This document shows positions 25,424-34,400 of a stretch of DNA of 64,000 nt, in pieces. This DNA is from Thermoplasmata archaeon (GTDB lineage Archaea > Thermoplasmatota > Thermoplasmata > RBG-16-68-12 > JAJISG01), in contig JBHIBO010000009.1 in NCBI GenBank assembly GCA_046759185.1, positions 194 to 64,193 on the forward strand, read 5' to 3'. The position numbers and the translations under genes were made by a program. The notes under the pieces were generated by a model. It was not told where the DNA came from. It saw nothing but the letters and a program-made list of their open reading frames with translations, and did not search any database. Numbering within the stretch: position 1 is the first letter of the stretch; every line of letters starts with the position of its first letter.

Positions 25424-26145
25424 TCGTACCCTCGTTCCTCCAGCTCGGCCGCCAACTCTCTGCCGCCCGATCGGGCGATACGCCCCTCCATCAAGACGTG
25501 CACTTCCTGGGGGAGGATGTACCGGAGGATGCGCTGATAGTGCGTGATGAGGAGGATCCCCGTACCCTCCCGGGCGAGCCGATTCATCGCGTCGGCGACG
25601 ACCTGGAGGGAGTCGATGTCGAGCCCGGAGTCCGTCTCGTCCATGACGGCCAAGGGAGGACGCAACAGGGCCAACTGAAGGACCTCCGCTCGCTTCTTCT
25701 CGCCCCCGGAGAATCCCTGGTTCACGTACCGGTGGAGAAACGCATCCTCGATCCCCAGATGTTCGAGCTCCTGCCGCACCTGCGCGTCGAACGCCTCCCC
25801 GTTGGACTCCTCGGGCCGCAGGGACCGGTAGGCCTCCCGCAGGAACCGCTTCATCTTGACCCCCGGAAGGTCGGTGGGGTATTGGAAGCCTAGGAACAGG
25901 CCGCGACGGGCCCGTTCGTCTGTGTCCATGGCCAGGAGGTCCTCTCCATCCAGAAGCACTTGGCCGTCGAACACGCGGTATCCAGGATGCCCCAGCAGAA
26001 CGTACGCGAGGGTGGACTTCCCACTCCCGTTGGGCCCCATGAGGGCGTGAACCTCTCCCTGCCGAACCGAGAGGCTGATGCCTCGGAGGATCTGCTTCTC
26101 CTCGATGCCGGCACGGAGGTCTAGGATGTCCAACTGGGCTGGCAT
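25402..26145 (-). CDS. sufC: Fe-S cluster assembly ATPase SufC (copy 1)
   Basis: ABC ATPase with Walker [10 protein letters not shown] and signature [14 protein letters not shown]. Confidence 0.85.
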   Translation of the reverse strand: MPAQLDILDLRAGIEEKQILRGISLSVRQGEVHALMGPNGSGKSTLAYVLLGHPGYRVFDGQVLLDGEDLLAMDTDERARRGLFLGFQYPTDLPGVKMKRFLREAYRSLRPEESNGEAFDAQVRQELEHLGIEDAFLHRYVNQGFSGGEKKRAEVLQLALLRPPLAVMDETDSGLDIDSLQVVADAMNRLAREGTGILLITHYQRILRYILPQEVHVLMEGRIARSGGRELAAELEERGYDWLREEA

Positions 26146-26169
26146 GAACGCTCCCGAACCCTGATTCGC

Positions 26170-26182
26170 ATAACGGCGTTAT
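26170..26182. promoter_or_regulatory. Palindrome ATAACG-G-CGTTAT about 25-35 nt upstream of the sufC (copy 1) start: candidate operator
   Basis: Perfect 6-bp arms flank a single central base. The identical motif, in the same gene-relative orientation, occurs upstream of the divergent sufC copy 2. Confidence 0.5.
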
Positions 26183-26281
26183 CGGTTAAGTACTTCTTCT
26201 CTCCCATGCGGCCCCGAAACAATCGAAAGCCGACTTTAAGGGTTTGTGACAGGTGAGGGGAGGCGACGGTCGCAAGGACTC

Positions 26282-27016
26282 TCACGCTGGGTTGCGCGAG
26301 GCCTCCTTGCCGAGCACTTCAGAACGAATCTGGACGCAGGCCTCGCAGATGGCCTTCTTCCGGTCCGGATCGGAGACGCCTCCTGCGAGGCGCTCCTCCA
26401 AGCCGTCGAGCTGCTCCTCCACGACAGGGTGGCTGCGAAGGGTCGCGTCCTCCCCCCGCCGCCCGCTCATGTATTGGCTTACGGCGGGTTGGCTGACTCC
26501 CAGAAGGGAGGCTACACGTACCTGGCCCCGCTCGGGGACCAGGCGTCGAGCGATCTCGGAGCGAACGAAGGGAAGCAGACGTTCGACCACGAAGGTCTCA
26601 CACGGCTGCTTGGGGAACCCGCCAGGCTCCCCGAGGGCGAGGAGGAATTTGGGTTTCGAGACGCCGCCGAGGATGCACGAGCACGGACCGACGCCCTCCA
26701 TTCTCCGGTAGGAGGTGCATGCCCCACAGATCGCGGCCGTCAGCTTGGGCCCCGACAGGCCGTTCGCGATCCGGGCAGCCAATCGTTCCCCATACTTGCC
26801 CAGTTGTGGGTTTCGCTGTGGGGAGCGCCGGCCGCGCCGCTTCGTGATATAGTGGCTGACCGCCGCCTGGGTGAGCCCCATACGCTCGGCGATATCCCGC
26901 TGGCTCAGCTCGTGCTCGGTAGCGAGGCTCTGGGCGATGCCGGCGCGGAGCGCAGGAAGAAACGCCGGGACGGAGTGCTCACACCATTGGCGCCTACCGA
27001 GGTCGTCCATGTTCAA
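26282..27016 (-). CDS. Putative transcriptional regulator with two HTH domains and conserved cysteine clusters (candidate Fe-S/redox-sensing regulator of the suf locus)
   Basis: Two HTH-like segments (SQRDIAERMGLTQAAVSHYITKRRG and VRVASLLGVSQPAVSQYMSGRRG). Cys clusters CGACTSY...GPCSC and CEAC. Located between the two divergent suf units. Confidence 0.55.
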   Translation of the reverse strand: MNMDDLGRRQWCEHSVPAFLPALRAGIAQSLATEHELSQRDIAERMGLTQAAVSHYITKRRGRRSPQRNPQLGKYGERLAARIANGLSGPKLTAAICGACTSYRRMEGVGPCSCILGGVSKPKFLLALGEPGGFPKQPCETFVVERLLPFVRSEIARRLVPERGQVRVASLLGVSQPAVSQYMSGRRGEDATLRSHPVVEEQLDGLEERLAGGVSDPDRKKAICEACVQIRSEVLGKEASRNPA

Positions 27017-27097
27017 TACGGTGTGATATGGAGGGTGACAGATAAAAAGTTGCGGACCCTTTATCGTCGGCGAGAGCCGGGCTGGTTACGCTTAAAT

Positions 27098-27112
27098 AAT
27101 AACGCCGTTATT
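27098..27112. promoter_or_regulatory. Palindrome AATAACG-C-CGTTATT directly abutting a TTAAATAAT TATA-like element upstream of sufC copy 2: candidate operator
   Basis: Same ATAACG-N-CGTTAT core as at 26170-26182. It sits about 42 nt upstream of the sufC2 ATG and is adjacent to AT-rich TATA-like sequence. Confidence 0.5.
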
Positions 27113-27153
27113 GATTTCATGGGGTCAGGGAGACCATCGAGAGGTCGTCAGGA

Positions 27154-27912
27154 ATGTCGGTGCTCGAAATCAAGAATCTACACGCCGGGGTCGATGGAAA
27201 GGCCATCCTCCACGGCCTCAATCTCACCGTCAGGGCCGGGGAGATTCACGCCCTCATGGGGCCCAACGGCAGCGGCAAATCGACGCTCTCCCATGTCTTG
27301 ATGGGGCACATCCGCTACGAGGTCTACGAGGGCGACGTCCTTCTCGACGGGACATCCATTCTCGGGCTCCTGCCTCACTACCGGGCGCGGCTTGGCCTCT
27401 TCCTCGGGTTCCAATACCCTCAGGAGGTCCCCGGGGTCAAAATGGGGAGCTTCCTGAACGCCGCCTACAAGCGGATGCATCCGGAGGAGGAGATGGAGAT
27501 CCCCGAGTTCTTCGCCTACGTGGGTGAGCGGATGAAACTGCTGAAGCTGGATCCAAGCTTCGGGGCCCGGTACCTGAACGACGGCTTCTCGGGCGGTGAG
27601 AAGAAACGGGCGGAGGTTCTCCAGATGCTCGTCCTCGCGCCTCGAATTGCTGTCCTGGACGAGAGCGACTCGGGCCTGGATATCGACGCGCTCAAGACGG
27701 TAGCCGAAGCCATCGACCACTATGCCGGTCCGGAGGTGGGCATCCTGTTGATTACCCACTATCAACGGCTCCTCGACTACGTGATCCCCGACTTCGTCCA
27801 CGTCCTGGTGGATGGCAAGATCGCCCTCTCAGGGGGCAGCGACCTGGCCCACAAGCTGGAGGAGCTCGGCTACAAGTGGATAAAGGAAGAAACCACTGTG
27901 GAGGTGGTCTAG
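27154..27912 (+). CDS. sufC: Fe-S cluster assembly ATPase SufC (copy 2)
   Basis: Walker [10 protein letters not shown] and signature [14 protein letters not shown]; paralogous to copy 1. Confidence 0.85.
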   Translation: MSVLEIKNLHAGVDGKAILHGLNLTVRAGEIHALMGPNGSGKSTLSHVLMGHIRYEVYEGDVLLDGTSILGLLPHYRARLGLFLGFQYPQEVPGVKMGSFLNAAYKRMHPEEEMEIPEFFAYVGERMKLLKLDPSFGARYLNDGFSGGEKKRAEVLQMLVLAPRIAVLDESDSGLDIDALKTVAEAIDHYAGPEVGILLITHYQRLLDYVIPDFVHVLVDGKIALSGGSDLAHKLEELGYKWIKEETTVEVV

Positions 27913-27913
27913 C

Positions 27914-29314
27914 ATGGCCCTGGAGCCCGAGATGGCGAACCGAGAGTACAAATACGGCTTCCGAGACGACATCCAGTACGTTTACCGGACGCCCAAGGGT
28001 CTCAGCGAGGACGTGGTCCGGGAGATCTCCGGGCTGAAGAACGAGCCCGAGTGGATGCTCAAGATGCGCCTTCGCGGCTACAACCACTTCCTGGAGCGGG
28101 TCATGCCCGATTGGGGCGGGGACCTCCACGACATCGACTTCGATGACATCAGCTATTACCTCAAGCCCTCGGAGAAGGAGGGTCGAACCTGGGAGGAGGT
28201 CCCAGAGAAGATTCGGGAGACCTTCGACCGTCTGGGGATTCCGGAGGCCGAGCGCAAGTTCCTGGCCGGGGTGGGGGCCCAATATGACTCCGAGGTGGTC
28301 TACCACAAAACCCTGAAACACCTCGAGGAACAGGGCGTCGTCTTCATGGGCACGGACGCCGCGCTGAAGGAGTACCCCGAGATCTTCCAGGAGTACTTCG
28401 GGACCCTGGTGCCACCGGAGGACAACAAGTTCGCCGCCCTGAACACCGCCGTCTGGAGCGGCGGAAGCTTCGTCTACGTTCCCAAGGGAGTCAAACTGGA
28501 GCAGCCGCTGCAGGCCTACTTCCGCATCAACTCGGAGAACATGGGACAGTTCGAGCGCACCCTCATCGTCGGGGACGAGGACAGCTACTTCCACTACATC
28601 GAGGGCTGCACGGCTCCCACGTACACGACCAACTCTCTCCACGCCGCCGTCGTGGAGGTGATCGCACGACCCGGGGCGAACGTCCGCTACACAACGCTGC
28701 AGAACTGGTCGGACAACGTGTACAACCTGGTCACGAAGCGGGCCTACGCCTACGAGAACAGCACGGTGGAGTGGGTGGACGCCAACATCGGGAGCCGGCT
28801 GACCATGAAGTACCCGTCCGTCTACCTCGTGGGCAAGGGGGCCAAGGCGGAGATCCTGTCCGTGGCCTACGCGGGGAAGGGGATGCACCAGGACGCCGGG
28901 GCCAAGGCCATCCACCTCGCATCCGACACCCAGTCCCGGATCACGAGCAAGTCGGTCTCCCAGAACGGCGGACGGGTGACCTACCGGGGACAGCTGGCCG
29001 TCGCCAAGGGGGCCGAGAACGTGAAATCCAACGTCCGTTGCGACGCCCTCATGCTCGATGCCGTTTCCCGCTCGGACACCTACCCCTACATGGACATCGA
29101 GGAGGAGGACGCCTCCATCACCCACGAGGCGACGGTGGGGAAGATCAGCGAAGACGTGCTCTACTACCTAATGTCCCGGGGCCTCACGGAGAACGAGGCG
29201 ATGAACATGGTGGTCCTGGGCTTCCTGGAGGTCTTCACCAAGGAGCTGCCCATGGAGTACGCTGTGGAGTTTAACCGCCTCATCAAGATGGAGATCGAGG
29301 GAAACGTCGGATAG
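27914..29314 (+). CDS. sufB: Fe-S cluster assembly protein SufB
   Basis: 466-aa SufB/SufD beta-helix family protein with SufB-type N-terminal region; starts 2 nt after the sufC2 stop. Confidence 0.9.
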   Translation: MALEPEMANREYKYGFRDDIQYVYRTPKGLSEDVVREISGLKNEPEWMLKMRLRGYNHFLERVMPDWGGDLHDIDFDDISYYLKPSEKEGRTWEEVPEKIRETFDRLGIPEAERKFLAGVGAQYDSEVVYHKTLKHLEEQGVVFMGTDAALKEYPEIFQEYFGTLVPPEDNKFAALNTAVWSGGSFVYVPKGVKLEQPLQAYFRINSENMGQFERTLIVGDEDSYFHYIEGCTAPTYTTNSLHAAVVEVIARPGANVRYTTLQNWSDNVYNLVTKRAYAYENSTVEWVDANIGSRLTMKYPSVYLVGKGAKAEILSVAYAGKGMHQDAGAKAIHLASDTQSRITSKSVSQNGGRVTYRGQLAVAKGAENVKSNVRCDALMLDAVSRSDTYPYMDIEEEDASITHEATVGKISEDVLYYLMSRGLTENEAMNMVVLGFLEVFTKELPMEYAVEFNRLIKMEIEGNVG

Positions 29315-29341
29315 GCCCGGCGCGTCCTTGGGCGAGATTTC

Positions 29342-30649
29342 ATGGAATTCGAACTGGGGTACGCCACCGAGGAGCGGGTCGGCGAGCTCTCCGCAAGACG
29401 CGGTGAGCCGGCCTGGTTACACAAGGATCGGGCCCGGGCGCTGGACGCCTTCCTCGTGATGCCGGTGGAGCCCCTAGCCCTCTTCACGCGTCACACGGAT
29501 CTGCGGGGTGTGGAGGTCGGGAAGGTCACCCCCGTGGAAGACGGGCAGGCGGAAGCGGTCGTACCGGTCTACGATGGCGAGGACAGGGCAGCCTTCGCCC
29601 GCGTGAGCGAGGGCCGACTTCGAGAGGTCCGAATCACCGAGAAACTCCGGGGACGCGACTTCTACCTGAACGAGGCCCTCGGCCTCCTCGAGGAGCGGCC
29701 CAAGGTAGCGAAGAGCCTGCTGGCCCGACCCGATTCCCTGCCCAAGGACGACAAGTTCGGGATGATGAGCCGCGCCCTGTTCTCGACCGCCCTTGTCCTC
29801 TCTGTGCCGCCCCGCGTAGACATCACGCGTCCCATTCACCTCCAGTGGTCGTTTGCGGACCCCGCGTCTGCGCTGCACACCCGTACTCTCATCCACCTCG
29901 GGGCCGGGAGCCGCGTCTCCGTGATCGAGGAGTTCGTCTCGGATGGCGCCGGCGGGGACATGGAGGAACAGAGCCTCTTCGGGAACGCCACAGAGGTGTA
30001 CCTGGAGGAAGGTGCCCGCCTGGACTATGTAGCCATCGAGCGGTTCGCCAACCACGTTGTGTCCTTCTTCACTCGGCAGGCGACCGTCGGTCCCGATGGG
30101 AGCTTCCATCAGGCCTTGGGGAGTTTCGGTGGGTTCCTGACGAAGTCTCGGGCGGACAGCATCCTAGCGGGCCAGGGCTCGCGGATCCGACAGGTGGAGG
30201 TGGTCTACGGCACGGGCCAGGAACGGTACGATAACACGAACTTCGTCACCCACCGGGGCCGTGACTCGGTTAGCGACCTCCTTTCCAAAGCCGTCATGCA
30301 AGAGCGGTCTCGCTCGACACTGAAAGGGGTCATCACCATCGAGGAGGAGGCGGGCAACGCCGACTCCTACTTGGGACAGTACTCCATGCTCCTCAGCCGC
30401 AAGTCCAAGTCCACGGCCATCCCCAGCCTGGAGATCAAGACCAACGATGTCCAGCGTGCTCAACACGCGGCGTCCGTCGCCCAGCTCGATGAGGACCAGG
30501 TCTTCTACCTCATGAGCCGGGGGATCCCCAGGGACTCGGCGCGGCGTATGCTCGTCGAAGGTTTTCTGACGCCCATCGTGGAGACGGTACCTCTCCCCGA
30601 TGCTCGGGCCCAACTGTACGATCTTATCGGCACGAAGTGGGTCGCGTAG
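29342..30649 (+). CDS. sufD: Fe-S cluster assembly protein SufD
   Basis: 435-aa SufB/D-family paralogue downstream of sufB. Confidence 0.8.
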   Translation: MEFELGYATEERVGELSARRGEPAWLHKDRARALDAFLVMPVEPLALFTRHTDLRGVEVGKVTPVEDGQAEAVVPVYDGEDRAAFARVSEGRLREVRITEKLRGRDFYLNEALGLLEERPKVAKSLLARPDSLPKDDKFGMMSRALFSTALVLSVPPRVDITRPIHLQWSFADPASALHTRTLIHLGAGSRVSVIEEFVSDGAGGDMEEQSLFGNATEVYLEEGARLDYVAIERFANHVVSFFTRQATVGPDGSFHQALGSFGGFLTKSRADSILAGQGSRIRQVEVVYGTGQERYDNTNFVTHRGRDSVSDLLSKAVMQERSRSTLKGVITIEEEAGNADSYLGQYSMLLSRKSKSTAIPSLEIKTNDVQRAQHAASVAQLDEDQVFYLMSRGIPRDSARRMLVEGFLTPIVETVPLPDARAQLYDLIGTKWVA

Positions 30650-30650
30650 G

Positions 30651-30962
30651 ATGGCGGACCGGGTCCTCCTCGGCAAGCTCGGTGACTTTGACGAGGGTCG
30701 CATCCACGGCCTCGAGGTCGAGGGACGCCAGCTCATTCTCGTCAACCTCGGAGGGACCCTTCACGTGCTCGACGGAATCTGCACCCACGCCTATGCCGAG
30801 CTCGCCATGGGGTTCCTGACCGGGGAGTATGTGCGCTGTCCTCTGCACCTGTCCCAATTCGACGTGGAGACGGGCGAGGCGATCGGCCCTCCTGCGGAGG
30901 AGCCGCTGCAAACGTACCCCGTGGAGGTAGAGGGCGACTCGGTCTACGTCCTCGTCGGCTGA
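30651..30962 (+). CDS. Rieske [2Fe-2S] ferredoxin-like protein
   Basis: Rieske motifs CTHAYAEL and CPLHLSQF (CxH...CxxH). ATG starts 2 nt after the sufD stop. Confidence 0.75.
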   Translation: MADRVLLGKLGDFDEGRIHGLEVEGRQLILVNLGGTLHVLDGICTHAYAELAMGFLTGEYVRCPLHLSQFDVETGEAIGPPAEEPLQTYPVEVEGDSVYVLVG

Positions 30963-30974
30963 AAGGCCGACACC

Positions 30975-32111
30975 TTACGCTTCCAAAGAGAATTCCTCGT
31001 ACGCGGTCTCGCACGGAGGCCCGTAAGCGATGAGAAACCGCCTCTCGTCGACATCCATGATCGCGGAGACGGCGGTCTGGTAACGCTGTTCCTCCGGCAG
31101 CTCGGTCATGGGGTGACGACAGAGGGACTTGGGGGCGTTCTCGTGGTCCTGGAGTATGGCCTGGATGTCTGGGATGGTAAGCTCTTGTTCCCCCCTGCGC
31201 GTGAGGAGTTCGTCGATGCGATCCTGCCGCTCGAAAGTGGAAGTAATCTCGTAGATGAGGGGCTGCCAGATGCCCAACGCGTCCGGGTCGTGGAAGTGGT
31301 TGGCATGGGTTAGAATCCCCTCCGACGGAGTCTGCTCGGACGTCCCCACCGGGGAGGATTCCAGGTCTAGGACCCGGGCGTAGTTCCCGAGGGCCTGCCC
31401 GACGACGAAGTTCGCCGAACACGATCCGGGGGTGTCGTGCACAACCCGAGCGGCGTCGTCCACGGTCTTCGCCTGGAGAATCTGCCAGCAGCGGACATGG
31501 AAGGGCACGCCGAAGCGCTCCCAACTGTCCTTGTCCGACAGCATGCCGTTAATGAGGAGTCCGAGTCCCGCCGAGTTCAGGCCGATCTTGGGCCCCACGA
31601 TGCCTGCCTCGGTGAAGGCGAGGACTGTGGGGCCTCCGTCAACACGGTAGCGGACCACGAGCGCTTCGATGCCGGGGAGCCAGTCCCAATTCTGGGCCAT
31701 GAGGAGGTGGGCACCCCGGGTTCGATGGGGGAGGAGCGCGAGGGACGTGCAGCCACTAGGGAGCCGGTCGCTCGCCAGATTCTGGCCGCGCTGCGAGGAC
31801 GCCGTGTAGACGACTTCGTAGCGAAGGTTGAGGGCCAAGACCTCGTCTTCGGGGAGGTTTGCACCCTCCGCCACCCCCCGCATCGCCTCCAAATAGCCCC
31901 TGTCCGCCTGTGCCACGACGGTCTCGTACTGCTGGGCCCGATTCAGGACCTCGTCCTTGGGGAGGCCCCACTCGGCCTCGAAGCGGTAGAAGTAGAGGTC
32001 CAGGTTGCGGCGGATCTGGGAAGGCGCTTGGTTGCCCTGGGCATACCCGATGTCCCACGGACCCCCCTCCGATTCCACGTACGCGACGTCCCCCGACCCG
32101 GCCATCATCAA
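30975..32111 (-). CDS. Peptidase C45 / acyl-CoA:6-aminopenicillanic acid acyltransferase-like Ntn hydrolase
   Basis: 378 aa with the conserved SGCTSL nucleophile region and family-like AQNWDW and FTEAG segments. Confidence 0.6.
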   Translation of the reverse strand: MMMAGSGDVAYVESEGGPWDIGYAQGNQAPSQIRRNLDLYFYRFEAEWGLPKDEVLNRAQQYETVVAQADRGYLEAMRGVAEGANLPEDEVLALNLRYEVVYTASSQRGQNLASDRLPSGCTSLALLPHRTRGAHLLMAQNWDWLPGIEALVVRYRVDGGPTVLAFTEAGIVGPKIGLNSAGLGLLINGMLSDKDSWERFGVPFHVRCWQILQAKTVDDAARVVHDTPGSCSANFVVGQALGNYARVLDLESSPVGTSEQTPSEGILTHANHFHDPDALGIWQPLIYEITSTFERQDRIDELLTRRGEQELTIPDIQAILQDHENAPKSLCRHPMTELPEEQRYQTAVSAIMDVDERRFLIAYGPPCETAYEEFSLEA

Positions 32112-32129
32112 CCGTCCTTGCGGTCCTCC

Positions 32130-33113
32130 CTAGAACGCCAAGGTCTCACGCATGCCTTGGAGGATGCGTTCCTCGCTGGGAAGGTAGAGCTGTTCCCGCG
32201 CGAAGAGGGGCACTTGTACGTCATAGCCCGTGATGCGCCTGACGGGGGCCTCGAGGCTGAGAAAGGACTCTTCCGTGATTCGGGCCGCGACCTCTGCGCC
32301 CACGCCTAACGTCCGGGGCGCCTCATGGATGACTACGGCCCGCCCGGTCTTCTGCACGGACGCGTTGACCGTGTCACTGTCCAAAGGCGCGATCATCTGA
32401 AGGTCGATGATCTCGACGTTGACGACGTCCTCCTTCTCAAGGGTCTTGACTGCCTCCCTAGCCCGCTGCAGCATGCTTCCGTAGGCGACGACCGTGAGGT
32501 CTTCCCCCTCTTGGATGATCTCCGCCCCGTTCAGGGGAGGGACCTTGCGTCGGTCCTTGGGCAACTCCTCCCGTCCGCGCCGATAGAGCGCCTTGGGCTC
32601 CATGAAAACTACGGGATCGGGGTCGCGGATGGAGGCCTTGAGCAGCTCCCAGGCCTTTCGCGGTGACCGGGGGATGACCACCTTCAGGCCTGGTGTATGG
32701 GCGTAGTAGGCCTCCCGGCTCTCCGAGTGGTGCTCCAAGGCCCGCACGCCGGCCCCGTAGGGCATCCGGAGCACCAAGGGGACGGTGTACCGGCCCTGGC
32801 TGCGCTTGCGGTATCGGGCGGCGTGGCCTTCCACCTGGTGAAAGGCCTGATAGGCAAAGCCACTGAACTGGAGTTCGGCGATGGGATGGAAGCCGTAAAG
32901 GGCGAGGCCAATGGCCGAACCGACGATGGCCACTTCCGAGAGCGGCGTGTCCACGATCCGTTTCTCGCCAAATTCCTCGAGGAGCCCGTCGCTGACGCGG
33001 AAGATGCCGCCATCCACCCCCACGTCCTCCCCCAGGAGCAGAACGGTCTCGTCCCGGGCCATCTCCTCCCGCAGGGCCTGGTTCAGCGCCTGGACCATGG
33101 TGACGCCCGCCAA
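32130..33113 (-). CDS. 2-oxoacid dehydrogenase E1 component beta subunit (transketolase-like)
   Basis: Typical E1-beta N-terminus MVQALNQALREEMARDETVLLLGEDVG and transketolase C-terminal domain. Confidence 0.85.
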   Translation of the reverse strand: MAGVTMVQALNQALREEMARDETVLLLGEDVGVDGGIFRVSDGLLEEFGEKRIVDTPLSEVAIVGSAIGLALYGFHPIAELQFSGFAYQAFHQVEGHAARYRKRSQGRYTVPLVLRMPYGAGVRALEHHSESREAYYAHTPGLKVVIPRSPRKAWELLKASIRDPDPVVFMEPKALYRRGREELPKDRRKVPPLNGAEIIQEGEDLTVVAYGSMLQRAREAVKTLEKEDVVNVEIIDLQMIAPLDSDTVNASVQKTGRAVVIHEAPRTLGVGAEVAARITEESFLSLEAPVRRITGYDVQVPLFAREQLYLPSEERILQGMRETLAF

Positions 33114-34229
33114 CTACTCCCCTCCGTCCTCTTCCTGACGGGCGCGCACCCAGTCTTCCACCTCGCGGCGCTGCCGTTCCACGTAAGGGGGATTCTTCGC
33201 GTACGCGTGGTCAAAGATGACGTTCGGATTGCCATCGAGCCGTCGCTCGAAGCGCTCCACTGCGTGGTCTACCTCGATGACCGCCGCCGTGGTCCAGTTC
33301 TTGACCATCTCCTCGTCCAAGTGCCCCCGCCTGATGAGGTACTCCTGGAACCGGGGAAGGGGATCCCGCTTCTCCCACTCCTTCACCTCCTCCGCGGGAC
33401 GGTACTTCGAGGGGTCGTCCGCTGTGGTGTGGAAGCTCAGGCGGTAGGTCAGCGCCTCGATGAAGGTAGGGCCTCCTCCCTTCCGCGCGCGCTCTGCGGC
33501 CTCCCGCGTGGCCACGTAGACGGCCAGGATGTCGTTGCCGTCCACCTGGAGGGACCGCATTCCATACGCGATCCCCTTCTGCGCCAGGGTTTTGGATCGG
33601 GTCTGCTTGTGCAGGGGGACGCTGATGGCCCACCGGTTGTTCTGGCAGAGAAAGACCACGGGAAGCTCGAGGACCTGGGCAAGATTCAGCGCCTCGTGGA
33701 AGTCCCCCTCGCTGGTAGCCCCGTCGCCGAAGAAGGTGAGGACCACGTCGTCCTTGCCCTGCAGCTGGATGCCCCACGCAATCCCCACGCCGTGGGGAAT
33801 CTGGCTAGCCACAGGGACGGCGATGGGCAGGTCCCGGGACTCCTTCGGGAAGCGAATGCCCTCCTCGTACCCCGCCGTGAAGACCAGGTCGTCCTCCAGG
33901 CGGATCCCTCTCCAGATCGTGGCGGCGGCCTCCCGAAAGGAGGGCACGAACCAGTCCGTCTTCCGGAGGGCGTAGATGCTTCCGAGCTGAGCGGCCTCCT
34001 GCCCCCGGGACGGCGCGAAGGTCCCGATGCGGCCCTGGCGTTGCAGCTTCTCCTTTCGCTCGTCAAACTCTCGGGTGAGAAGCATCGTCCTGAAGAGGTC
34101 GAGCAGGTCCTCCTCCGGGATGTCGGGTTCGAGATCTTCGTCCACCTCCCCCTTCTCGTCGAGGATCGACAGATGCGTGATCTCAGAATCCAGGTCCACC
34201 GTCACACGAGGCATCGCGGTCCTCTCCAT
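33114..34229 (-). CDS. 2-oxoacid dehydrogenase E1 component alpha subunit (TPP-binding)
   Basis: TPP motif GDGATSEGDFHEALNLA...NNRWAIS; directly upstream of the beta subunit. Confidence 0.85.
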   Translation of the reverse strand: MERTAMPRVTVDLDSEITHLSILDEKGEVDEDLEPDIPEEDLLDLFRTMLLTREFDERKEKLQRQGRIGTFAPSRGQEAAQLGSIYALRKTDWFVPSFREAAATIWRGIRLEDDLVFTAGYEEGIRFPKESRDLPIAVPVASQIPHGVGIAWGIQLQGKDDVVLTFFGDGATSEGDFHEALNLAQVLELPVVFLCQNNRWAISVPLHKQTRSKTLAQKGIAYGMRSLQVDGNDILAVYVATREAAERARKGGGPTFIEALTYRLSFHTTADDPSKYRPAEEVKEWEKRDPLPRFQEYLIRRGHLDEEMVKNWTTAAVIEVDHAVERFERRLDGNPNVIFDHAYAKNPPYVERQRREVEDWVRARQEEDGGE

Positions 34230-34400
34230 GAGCAGCGGTGCCGGGGAGGCTGTCGGACGCCTTCCTCGTCTCCGCCGTTGGCATCCGGGGGACTAGGACA
34301 TCCCGCCCTCTTAAGTTCCCAGGGTACAGCGTGGCCCCGGTGCCGTCTTAGGTAATCTGAACCATTTCCACGAGGAGGGGACGACGCCGGACACCGTGCT

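Noticed and set aside
26246-27301. 351-aa plus-strand ORF spanning the regulator gene and the sufC2 promoter
   Set aside because: It overlaps a motif-bearing minus-strand gene and runs across an intergenic promoter region; no recognisable domain.
34230-34400. Possible tRNA or ncRNA in the 171-nt spacer between E1 alpha and pepN
   Set aside because: No cloverleaf or conserved ncRNA motif found by eye; likely just promoter and terminator sequence.
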